The translations under genes were made by a program, and so were the position numbers. Shown here in pieces: positions 49,140 to 57,703 of a DNA stretch of 64,000 nucleotides (the first letter of the stretch is position 1; each line of letters starts with the position of its first letter). The stretch is from positions 224,001 to 288,000 of the forward strand of contig CBDBHR010000029.1 in the NCBI GenBank assembly GCA_965205865.1, read 5' to 3'. The notes beneath the pieces were generated by a model. That model was not told the origin of the DNA and did no database searches. It saw only the letters and a program-made list of their open reading frames with translations. The DNA comes from a bacterium (lineage in GTDB: Bacteria; SAR324; NAC60-12).

Positions 49140-51020
49140 CTAATAACCCATCGACTCCTTCAGCTCCTGGTCAATCCAGACGCGGGCGGCGAGGACGGCG
49201 TCAAATCCCAGGTTTCCCAGCCAGTATTCTCCGTTAAGCCCTTTGACCCACGGCTGGTGCAGCGTGAACCACGGTGCTTCCACGCCCCACATTCTCCAGT
49301 GCTTCTCTATATTGTACATATTCAACTTTTCCACTATCCTCTCTTGCTCTTCTTCCGTGCTTGCCGCTGCTGCGGCTTTATACATGGCGTCATAATCTGG
49401 ATCCTCGACTGCGGAGGTGTTGGATTCATGATGAGATTGGTAGCGTGGGACCCCGTAGATAGGCGAAATCGACCTCATAGCCGTTTCCGTAGAGACCATT
49501 TCAAAAGTTCTAGCTTTTCTGATAGCGACGTTTTCCGGACCTGTCACTATCTGAAACTCTAGATCAATGCCAATTTTACCAAGGTATACTGCGACTAATT
49601 CTGCATAGCCCAAATCGTACCGTTCGTAGATGACCAACTTGGTCTTGAATCTGATGCCGTCGCTGCCGCGCTGGTACCCCGCCTCATCAAGGAGATTCTC
49701 GGCACCTTCCGGGTCATACATGTAGCCTTTCTTGAGCTCTTCGGGCCACTCTTCAAATGGGATGCCACCTGCTACATCGTTGGCTATCTGTCCCTGAGGT
49801 ATCCAGTTTCCCACCCCTATGTAGTAGGTCTTGTTAATGGTCTCAAGGTCCACTGCCATATTCATTGCCTGGCGCACCCGGATGTCGTTAAAGGGCGGCT
49901 TACTCACGTTCATGCCATAAGAATTGTTTGACCGGATATAATGCGTGTTTATCACGATTTCGGGGTCGGTCTGCTGCAGGCTCTCCATCTGGTCGATATT
50001 CTTTTGGACTGACCAGCCGCCGGAGCCGATCCAATCGAGCTTACCCGTGCGTAGTGCCGACAGAACTGTTGCGTCGTCAACTATAAACAGCATCCTTAAC
50101 TCGTCAGCATAGGGCAAGCGGTTCTCCGGGTATTTTTCGTCATAGCCCCAGTAGTTAGGATTTTTGGTATAGGTCCAAGAGCTGGCCTCGACAAAGTCAG
50201 TCAGCATCCAGGGTCCGGTGCCCACCAGGTTCTTCCAATCCTTAGAGTCGCCGTATTTCTTGATTACCTCAGGGGCGTATAGCCAACCCATAGCTTGAGG
50301 GTCGAGGAAAGACCGCAGCGCACGGACGTCTGGCTGCTTTAGCTTAACAACAACCGTATATTTGTCGGTGGCCGTTACCGATTCGACCTGCATCGTATCA
50401 AACCCGTCCCAACGGAGGTGGGGGCTACCTTCGGTGAAGCCGCTGCCCAGACCCAAATAGCGGTGATAGTTATACTCTACATCCTTGGCGGTTAGCTCAC
50501 GACCGTTCACAGGTGGTTTATCATGCCAGTGAACGCCCTTGCGGATGTGGAAGGTATAGGTGAGGCGGTCCGGGGAAATATCCCAGCTTTCAGCCAACGC
50601 CCCTGTTATGGCAGATAGAGGAATGGCTCCATTTGTCCAGCCCTGTTCGTCCCTATCTATTGCCCAGTTGCCGATGCCTAGCTTCTCCAGAAGACCATGG
50701 ACAAAGCCCATTGCCGTCCAGCCATAGTTATAATACGTGTCAGCAGTCGGAGGTTGGGAGCCCCGAGGCATGGTTAATGTCCCGCCATATTTTGGCGCTA
50801 CCACCACCTTGCCGGTACTGGGGTCCGTCACATACTTCTTCTCAGCAGCAACGGCTGCCAAACCAGTCCAAAGGACGATCAGACCCAGGATGAGGGCCAG
50901 CAGGGTTGCACTGAAGGTTGATTTGCTTTTTTGATTAAAAACAAGATTAAGAATTGATTTAAAGCCTGCTTTCTTTTCCGAAAGCACGTTGTCGAGGATT
51001 TCTCTAATAATTAGTTTCAT
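49140..51020 (-). CDS. Family 5 ABC solute-binding protein (DppA/OppA-like)
   Basis: Signal peptide ending AVAA, PKYGGTL, LAESWD, GTGPW, VRQAMNMAVD. Start uncertain. Confidence 0.92.
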   Translation of the reverse strand: MKLIIREILDNVLSEKKAGFKSILNLVFNQKSKSTFSATLLALILGLIVLWTGLAAVAAEKKYVTDPSTGKVVVAPKYGGTLTMPRGSQPPTADTYYNYGWTAMGFVHGLLEKLGIGNWAIDRDEQGWTNGAIPLSAITGALAESWDISPDRLTYTFHIRKGVHWHDKPPVNGRELTAKDVEYNYHRYLGLGSGFTEGSPHLRWDGFDTMQVESVTATDKYTVVVKLKQPDVRALRSFLDPQAMGWLYAPEVIKKYGDSKDWKNLVGTGPWMLTDFVEASSWTYTKNPNYWGYDEKYPENRLPYADELRMLFIVDDATVLSALRTGKLDWIGSGGWSVQKNIDQMESLQQTDPEIVINTHYIRSNNSYGMNVSKPPFNDIRVRQAMNMAVDLETINKTYYIGVGNWIPQGQIANDVAGGIPFEEWPEELKKGYMYDPEGAENLLDEAGYQRGSDGIRFKTKLVIYERYDLGYAELVAVYLGKIGIDLEFQIVTGPENVAIRKARTFEMVSTETAMRSISPIYGVPRYQSHHESNTSAVEDPDYDAMYKAAAAASTEEEQERIVEKLNMYNIEKHWRMWGVEAPWFTLHQPWVKGLNGEYWLGNLGFDAVLAARVWIDQELKESMGY

Positions 51021-51221
51021 TTTGACCTTTATTGTTATTTAGGTTGAAGAAATAATAATTCATTTTCGGCTGACGTGATTTCCTCATAGGCTGGCTCCTG
51101 ATAAGAAATGAATGAAAAAAGGACAGACGTCCATGATGTTCCAAATTCCCCCTTGACGTTCCGTTCCCGGAACGGGGAACGAAGGATCTTAAGGATCTCT
51201 CCCTGATGTCGAGATAATATA

Positions 51222-51260
51222 ACATGACTTTCGGCTAAATAAATATTACATGACTTTCGG
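51222..51260. promoter_or_regulatory. 13-bp direct repeat ACATGACTTTCGG x2 upstream of the SBP operon
   Basis: Copies at 51222-51234 and 51248-51260 (26-bp period). Confidence 0.4.
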
Positions 51261-51599
51261 ATATTTGAAAAATAATTTGCGTTTATATTAACAGGCGTAG
51301 AATATCAGTGAGATTGCAGACTAACTTGGTGACTAACCAGTTAAAACACTTCTTATAGCAATAAAGAAATTGACAGTTCATGGTTGTTGATTTAAATAAA
51401 AAATTCCTGGGCAGGCAAACTTATTTCCACTTTATTCACTTCTCCTTCGCTCCCAGAATAGCGAAAGCGTTCTTCCAGCACTACTACAACTTTGTTAAAT
51501 TAAGCAGCTTTTACGCAAAAATTTTCTTGAGCCTGCTTGTGTTTAGGATTATATAAAAATATTTAGAGGATGTCAATAGATTTTTTTTTGCTAATCTTT

Positions 51600-51748
51600 T
51601 GAAAACTCCGCAGATTTTTGAAGAGGATTGAAATAAATAAATGTTTTCAGTGGCTTAGCATTTTTTCCTTAGAAAACAATTAATTATCCATAACTAACTG
51701 ATAATATTATATTTTTTTCTGAAAGAGAAAAATTCTGCGGAGTTTTCA
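51600..51748. mobile_element. 149-bp MITE
   Basis: 15-bp perfect terminal IR TGAAAACTCCGCAGA/TCTGCGGAGTTTTCA. Absent from the paralogous site near 45745. Confidence 0.8.
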
Positions 51749-51773
51749 GTAATCTTAATTTTTTTTTTGCTCT

Positions 51774-52066
51774 TCTTAACTCCTCAGTTGCGAGTGCTCG
51801 TGTCATCCTGGACTTGATCCTCGCTCTTCTCTGTGTCAGTCCTTGAAAATACTGTGCAATCCTGCCCTTCTCGTCACGAAAAGCATGGGATTCAGAGCAA
51901 ATCATTTCAAGGACTGATGAGCACTCGGCACGCGTGAGATCTGAAAATAATCTGGATTAATTGTCAGTCAATCAATCCAATTATTGGAATAATTTTTGTG
52001 GTAAGTCAGGAATCTTCAGGATGTTTTTAAGTCCTTTTGGTAAATCCCTCCACTCTTCTTGATGTT
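51774..52066. repeat. 293-bp direct repeat, copy B; weaker similarity back to 51446
   Basis: See copy A. Confidence 0.93.
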
Positions 52067-52996
52067 GTCCATTTCTTGACGCACGAGAGCAGCATCAATT
52101 TGAGCAAACCTCTCAACCAAGCTGCTTTTGCCTTTGAGCAAGATGTTCATCTATTGAGGATTGCTCAGGTTTTGGATGAGGGGTGTATCGGCGAGGATCG
52201 CTTTAAAGCTTTTCGTCAGGGAGGAGGTGCCACTTCTTTTACGTCCCTTACGTTTCTCTTCTCTAAAAAATTGCTCCATGGCATTGTTAGTGCGTTGTGG
52301 TTGGATCCATTGTTTGCTATGAGGGGTCTTCACTTCAATGGGATCGATGAAGAGTTTATCCCAATATTTGTCCATTTGCTGAGCCATTTTTTGGTAACCT
52401 TTGTCCTTTTCAGTGAAGGCGATGAACTCTTTTGATTGGCGAAATTCTTTCACTTTTTGTTCAATCTCCCGCAGATCGATAGTTTCGTCTCCCCGATCAT
52501 TGAGCCCTTGATCTGCTTGGGGCAATGCGATTCTCATGCGCCCTCTCAGTTGATCAAATACCGCACTCTTTTCGGTCACCTGCCGGGCCACATTGTGCAA
52601 TTCTGAGTCCCTGGCAATACTGCTGAAAATCCGCATCATTTGAGCAAATGCGGCCTTTTTAGGCAGATGCTTCTTGAGAGACTCAGCCAAAGGAATCACC
52701 ATTTTTATGCGTTGATAAAACAACAAGTGTTGTCGATCGAAGGGAAACCCTAATCCTTTCAGTTCTCTTTTGAATGCTAACATCCAGGCCACCATGAGGT
52801 AGGTTTTCACGACTGCTGAGAGTGATTCTTTGGGAACTCCCTGCTGATGTTGCTCCATAAAATGCGCGATCTCTTCCTGAAATTCAGGCCTTTGATTGAT
52901 GATCTGGAAGAGTTCTTTTTGAGCGGATCGAAAAAACGTGGCTCTCTCCAGCTCATCGAGATGCTGGCTTAAAGCGCCAAGGGCCTCAGAGCCCAA
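51981..52996 (-). pseudogene. Transposase-like gene, C-terminal half, with nonsense and frameshift
   Basis: GFPFDR, YWDKLF, PQRTNNAMEQFFR. After the TAG at 52153-52151 the frame continues MNILLKGKSSLVERFAQID. N-terminal half is deleted. Confidence 0.65.
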
Positions 52997-53646
52997 AATT
53001 TTTTAACAAACCATGGGAAAGCAATAAATTTCTGACTTCCTCTCCGGAGATGTTTATTCCACGCCGACGGACCCGCCGTGTTAATTGATCTAAAGTATCT
53101 GATGGATGCTGAATCAACTCTACTAAAATGATCACTGCATTAGCATGAGAGGGTAAGTGTTCTTTTGCCTGAGACTGTCGCCGCTCACTCTGCCTTTGTT
53201 TCTGAGCCGCATAAACCATTGGGTTGCTCGAAAAACAGATGTATCTGCCGGCTTCTCTTTCTCTCAATAATTCTGAATGCTCTTTATAAGGAGGAAAGTA
53301 TTTGCAGCAGTGAACCTCCAAAGGATTCACTTAAATCTTTTGCACTGAGGCCAGATGATGATTGCTCAACGAGAGCAATAATGCTAGATCTTAGACCACC
53401 GTGTTTGGAAAATCTCATCTCTTTGTATTTCCATATCCCCTCAGAATTAAACTCTGGGATCTCCGGTAAAACGTAATAACAGCCATTATGGTTATAACTA
53501 CGATAGGTTTTCCACTGTTTTAAACGCCTTTCGATGGTCCGTTGCGATAACTGGAAAAACTCTTTCAGTTCTGCAATTGTGAGCACTTTTCTCTTTTGGA
53601 AAAAGGCCACTATGTTTTTCTTTATTGGTTTGTCTGTTCGGTTCAT
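52986..53646 (-). pseudogene. Winged-HTH-like accessory gene of the transposon remnant, frameshifted
   Basis: LTIAELKEFFQLSQRTIERRL (HTH), SYNHNGCYY, FSKHGGL. Split into track ORFs 53284-53646 and 52986-53330. Confidence 0.6.
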
Positions 53647-53651
53647 TTTAT

Positions 53652-53706
53652 ATTTTGGCGGGGTATAGATAATTCAGTAAAAAAATTATCTATACCCCGC
53701 CAAAAT
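53652..53706. promoter_or_regulatory. Perfect 23-bp inverted repeat directly upstream of the HTH gene
   Basis: ATTTTGGCGGGGTATAGATAATT-9 nt-AATTATCTATACCCCGCCAAAAT. Confidence 0.7.
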
Positions 53707-54231
53707 TTAACAAATGACAACTCCAATGGGGGATGATCCTCTGTTTTCCAAGTCAAAATACACTATCTACTCAATTTTTTGTCATAAAATGTATCTATTT
53801 CATTGATGGTCTCACACATTTTTAGACCATCGATTGCCCTTATTTTTCAAGGGATTGCAGGGAAATCTACCAGGATTTTGCCTTCATAGGTTTTTATAGC
53901 AAGTAGAGAAAGACGGATAACAATCTTTATCTCATGATAATCCGCCATCTTTCATTCCGGGGAGATTAAATTTCCATTTGAAGTAACAATTTTCCTGCTT
54001 GACATCTCCAGGGGCTATTGTTAGTCAATTTACTTTCCTTACTTTAGTAGCCTGTGATTGTCTGTTTTGTCATTCTTGGCTTGACCGGGAATCCGGAGCT
54101 TCAGCCACTTGTTGTTGGAAGGGATAAAGCCTATGGGCGGCTTGCTGGAGGCTAGCGTGGCCGCATTGAGCGGCTGGCCGAACAGATCCTCAAAAAATTG
54201 CTGGCATCGATCAAAGGGCAGAAACTGATAT

Positions 54232-54508
54232 TGTGGTTACTCGGACTCGGATGGAGTACGAGATGAAAAATTATTAAAATCACTGGCAGTTCTAAAATAC
54301 AACAGAGAAAATCACACCCAACCAATCAAACAGCGATGCAAACAAGGAGGGTCATGACCGGGAATCCGGAAGCGTGCCACGCTATGTGGTTACTCGGACT
54401 CGGATGGAGTACGAGATGAAAAATTATTAAAATCACTGGCAGTTCTAAAATACAACAGAGAAAATCACACCCAACCAATCAAACAGCGATGCAAACAAGG
54501 AGGGTCAT
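54232..54508. repeat. Exact 124-bp near-tandem direct repeat
   Basis: 54232-54355 equals 54385-54508; the 29-bp spacer starts with REP-derived GACCGGGAATCCGGA. Confidence 0.95.
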
Positions 54509-54580
54509 TGTCATTGAAAAGGCGTTGTCACATTATTTCCAAGGCGCTTTGAAAATACGTATCATAGAGGGAGAGGAACC

Positions 54581-55810
54581 ATGAACAACCTGCAGATATC
54601 AGAAGAGTACAAACCTGTTTTAGAGAAAGTAAAGAACTTCATCCATGATGAAATAGAGCCACTGGAGGATGAATTTCACAGTGAAATCGGAAGAGACGGA
54701 GACCGCTGGCAATTTACCGCTCGCATGACCGAAATTTTGGATGGCTTGAAATCCAGGGCGAAAGAAGTAAGGCTCTGGAATTTTTTCTTACCCAATGCGA
54801 GCTTTCCTGGAGCCCCCAGGATTTCCAATCTGGACTATGCCTACTTAGCCGAGCAGATGGGAATGAGCAAACTTGCATCTGAAGTTTTCAATTGTGCCGC
54901 GCCGGATACCGGAAATATGGAAGTACTGGAGCGCTATGGAACTGAAGCGCAGAAAGAACAATGGCTGACACCCCTGATGAATGGGGAAATCCGCTCCAGT
55001 TTTGCCATGACGGAACCCGATGTGGCTTCCTCCGATGCCACTAATATTTCCACTAGTGCGGTACTGGAAAGAGATGAGTGGGTGATCAATGGAGAAAAAT
55101 ATTTTGCTTCAGGCGCCGGCGATCCCCGCTGCAAGATCATCATCTGCATGGTGCAGACCGATCCGGAAGCTCCGCGGCATTCCCGCCAATCTCAGATTTT
55201 GGTACCACGGCATACTCCGGGAATCGAAACGATGGGATGTATGCATGTTTTTGGCAGCGATGACGCTCCTCACGGACATATGCATTTACGCTTCAACAAT
55301 GTTCGCGTCCCCAAGGACAACATTATTCTTGGTCCGGGACGAGGGTTTGAAATATCCCAAGGTCGTTTGGGACCCGGTCGCATCCATCATTGCATGCGCT
55401 TGATCGGTCAGGCGGAAAAAGCATTGGAACTTCTTTGCAAACGAGGCCTGTCACGGTTTGGATTTGGTAAAGAATTGATCAAGCTGGGAGGGAATTACGA
55501 CATAGTGGCAGATTCAAGGATCGAAATCGAAACTGCCCGTTTACTTACTTTGAAAGCGGCTCGCATGATGGATTTGTATGGCAACAAAGAAGCAAGAACC
55601 TATATTTCTCAAATCAAAGTCTATGTGCCAAATATTACATTGAAAGTCATTGATCGCGCCATTCAAATGTATGGTGGAACGGGAGTCTCCCAATGGACCC
55701 CGCTCGCCCGTATGTGGGCCAGTGCCCGCACATTGAGACTGGCAGATGGTCCGGATGAAGTCCATCGCATGGTTGTCGCCAGGCAGGAATTACTCAAGTA
55801 TCAAAACTGA
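54581..55810 (+). CDS. Acyl-CoA dehydrogenase
   Basis: NCAAPDTGNMEVL, FAMTEPDVASSDA, GPGRIHHCMR, RLADGPDEVH. Confidence 0.95.
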   Translation: MNNLQISEEYKPVLEKVKNFIHDEIEPLEDEFHSEIGRDGDRWQFTARMTEILDGLKSRAKEVRLWNFFLPNASFPGAPRISNLDYAYLAEQMGMSKLASEVFNCAAPDTGNMEVLERYGTEAQKEQWLTPLMNGEIRSSFAMTEPDVASSDATNISTSAVLERDEWVINGEKYFASGAGDPRCKIIICMVQTDPEAPRHSRQSQILVPRHTPGIETMGCMHVFGSDDAPHGHMHLRFNNVRVPKDNIILGPGRGFEISQGRLGPGRIHHCMRLIGQAEKALELLCKRGLSRFGFGKELIKLGGNYDIVADSRIEIETARLLTLKAARMMDLYGNKEARTYISQIKVYVPNITLKVIDRAIQMYGGTGVSQWTPLARMWASARTLRLADGPDEVHRMVVARQELLKYQN

Positions 55811-55816
55811 TCCTTC

Positions 55817-56593
55817 ATGAGGAAACTCACCTTTTCCGCCATTCCCGGTATTCCCCTCATTAAACCGGGTGATGATTTGATCGCCATAATTGTAGATGCT
55901 CTCCGTCAAATTGGCGAAACGTTGCAGGACCATGATGTGCTGGTAGTTGCTCAGAAGATTGTTTCCAAGGCGGAAAATCGATATGTTTCTCTAACGGAAA
56001 TCAAACCTTCTGCAGAAGCAATCGTATTAGCTGAAGAAGTGCGCAAGGACCCACGCCACGTACAAGTCATTCTTTCTGAGTCAAAAGAAGTGATCCGTAA
56101 AAAACCTGGCGTATTGATCGTGGAACATCGATTGGGATTTGTCCATGCCAATGCCGGTGTCGACCGTTCCAATATCGAATACGATCATGAAAAGGAACAA
56201 GTGCTGCTGCTACCTCGTGATCCGGATGCCAGTGCTCGAAAACTGAGGGAGGGTTTGGAATGCTTTTATGGGAGCCGCTTGGGCGTGCTCATCAATGATA
56301 CGAGTGGACGAGCATGGCGTAATGGTCTGCAAGGCCTGGCCATTGGAGTGACCGGTTTCACCGCCCTGGAAAATCATATTGGCAGCCGGGATATTTTTAA
56401 TCGAAAATTGGAAGTAACGGAGGTTGCAACTGCGGATGAAATGGCTGCAGGCGCTTCGTTACTGATGGGACAGAAAGACGAGAAAACTCCAGTCGTAGTG
56501 GTGCGGGGTTATCATCCTTCCGAGCCTGTAGAGGAAACCCTGAGGGGTATCAAACCTTTGCTGCGTCCCAAAGATCAAGATTTATTCAGGTGA
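55817..56593 (+). CDS. cofE: Coenzyme F420-0:L-glutamate ligase
   Basis: GIPLIKPGDDL, AQKIVSKAENR, ANAGVDRSN, LLPRDPDASA, DTSGRAWR, DLFR. Confidence 0.93.
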   Translation: MRKLTFSAIPGIPLIKPGDDLIAIIVDALRQIGETLQDHDVLVVAQKIVSKAENRYVSLTEIKPSAEAIVLAEEVRKDPRHVQVILSESKEVIRKKPGVLIVEHRLGFVHANAGVDRSNIEYDHEKEQVLLLPRDPDASARKLREGLECFYGSRLGVLINDTSGRAWRNGLQGLAIGVTGFTALENHIGSRDIFNRKLEVTEVATADEMAAGASLLMGQKDEKTPVVVVRGYHPSEPVEETLRGIKPLLRPKDQDLFR

Positions 56594-57573
56594 TTCTCGT
56601 GGGCGGACCTTTTGAAAAAAAATACCTCGCCATTTCAGGAGGCGTGGGAGGAGCCAAACTGGCCTTGGGATTGTCGAAAATCCTGGCCCCGGATCAACTG
56701 ATGGTTGTCGCCAATACCGGGGATGATTTCGAGCACTTGGGTTTGCGGATCTCACCGGATTTGGATACGTTGATGTACACGTTGGCGAAACTCAACAACC
56801 CGGAGCAGGGATGGGGCTTGGCGGGAGAAAGTTGGAATTTCCTGGAAGCCTTGGAATCCTTGGGAGGCGAGAGTTGGTTTCAACTTGGCGACCGGGATAT
56901 GGCCACTCACGTAATACGCACCCGTCTTCTCTCAGAAGGTCGGAGTTTGACGGAAGTCACCCGGTATCTCTGTCTGCAATTGGGAATTCAGCATCCCATT
57001 GTTCCCATGACGGACGACATCGTAGCCACGGTAGTCGAGATTGCCGGTGGTGAACAACTCACTTTTCAGCACTATTTTGTAAGGGAGCGCTGTCAACCAG
57101 TTGTCACCGGTTTTCATTTTGAAGGCATCGATCAAGCTCGAATCAGTCCACTTTTTCAAAAAATGTTAAAGGATCCCCATCTGGCTGCTATCGTGATCTG
57201 TCCTTCCAATCCATGCATCAGCATAGATCCGGTATTGTTCCTCCCCTGCGTACGGCAGGCGCTGCAAAACGCTTCGGCCCCTGTTGTTGCAGTTTCTCCG
57301 ATTGCGCAAGCAAAAGCCGTCAAAGGCCCAACTGCTAAGATATTGAAAGAACTTGGAATGTCAGTTTCGGCAACAACTGTGGCCCGGTATTATCAGGATT
57401 TCCTGGACGGGTTTGTCTTGGACACTCAGGATCAAACCCTTGCTGAAGAAATTGAAATGCTTGGAATGGAGGTGACAGTCACCAATATTATTATGAAGAC
57501 TCTTGAAGATCGGATAAAACTGGCCAGGGAGACTTTAGAGTTTGCTGGTCAATTGCTTGAGAATTCCGGGTAA
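56590..57573 (+). CDS. cofD: 2-phospho-L-lactate transferase
   Basis: SGGVGGAKL, NTGDD, SPDLDT, WFQLGDRD, FQHYFV, PSNP, KGPTAK. Confidence 0.94.
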   Translation: MILVGGPFEKKYLAISGGVGGAKLALGLSKILAPDQLMVVANTGDDFEHLGLRISPDLDTLMYTLAKLNNPEQGWGLAGESWNFLEALESLGGESWFQLGDRDMATHVIRTRLLSEGRSLTEVTRYLCLQLGIQHPIVPMTDDIVATVVEIAGGEQLTFQHYFVRERCQPVVTGFHFEGIDQARISPLFQKMLKDPHLAAIVICPSNPCISIDPVLFLPCVRQALQNASAPVVAVSPIAQAKAVKGPTAKILKELGMSVSATTVARYYQDFLDGFVLDTQDQTLAEEIEMLGMEVTVTNIIMKTLEDRIKLARETLEFAGQLLENSG

Positions 57574-57703
57574 ATAAATTAATGTCGACGATAATTTTTG
57601 TCATTATGAAAGAATGATTCCGGATGACTTGTGAAAAGTCGTGTCATTCTACCAAACTGAAAGAAACCTGGTGACACCAGTTTCATTGAATGAAAGGAAA
57701 GGG

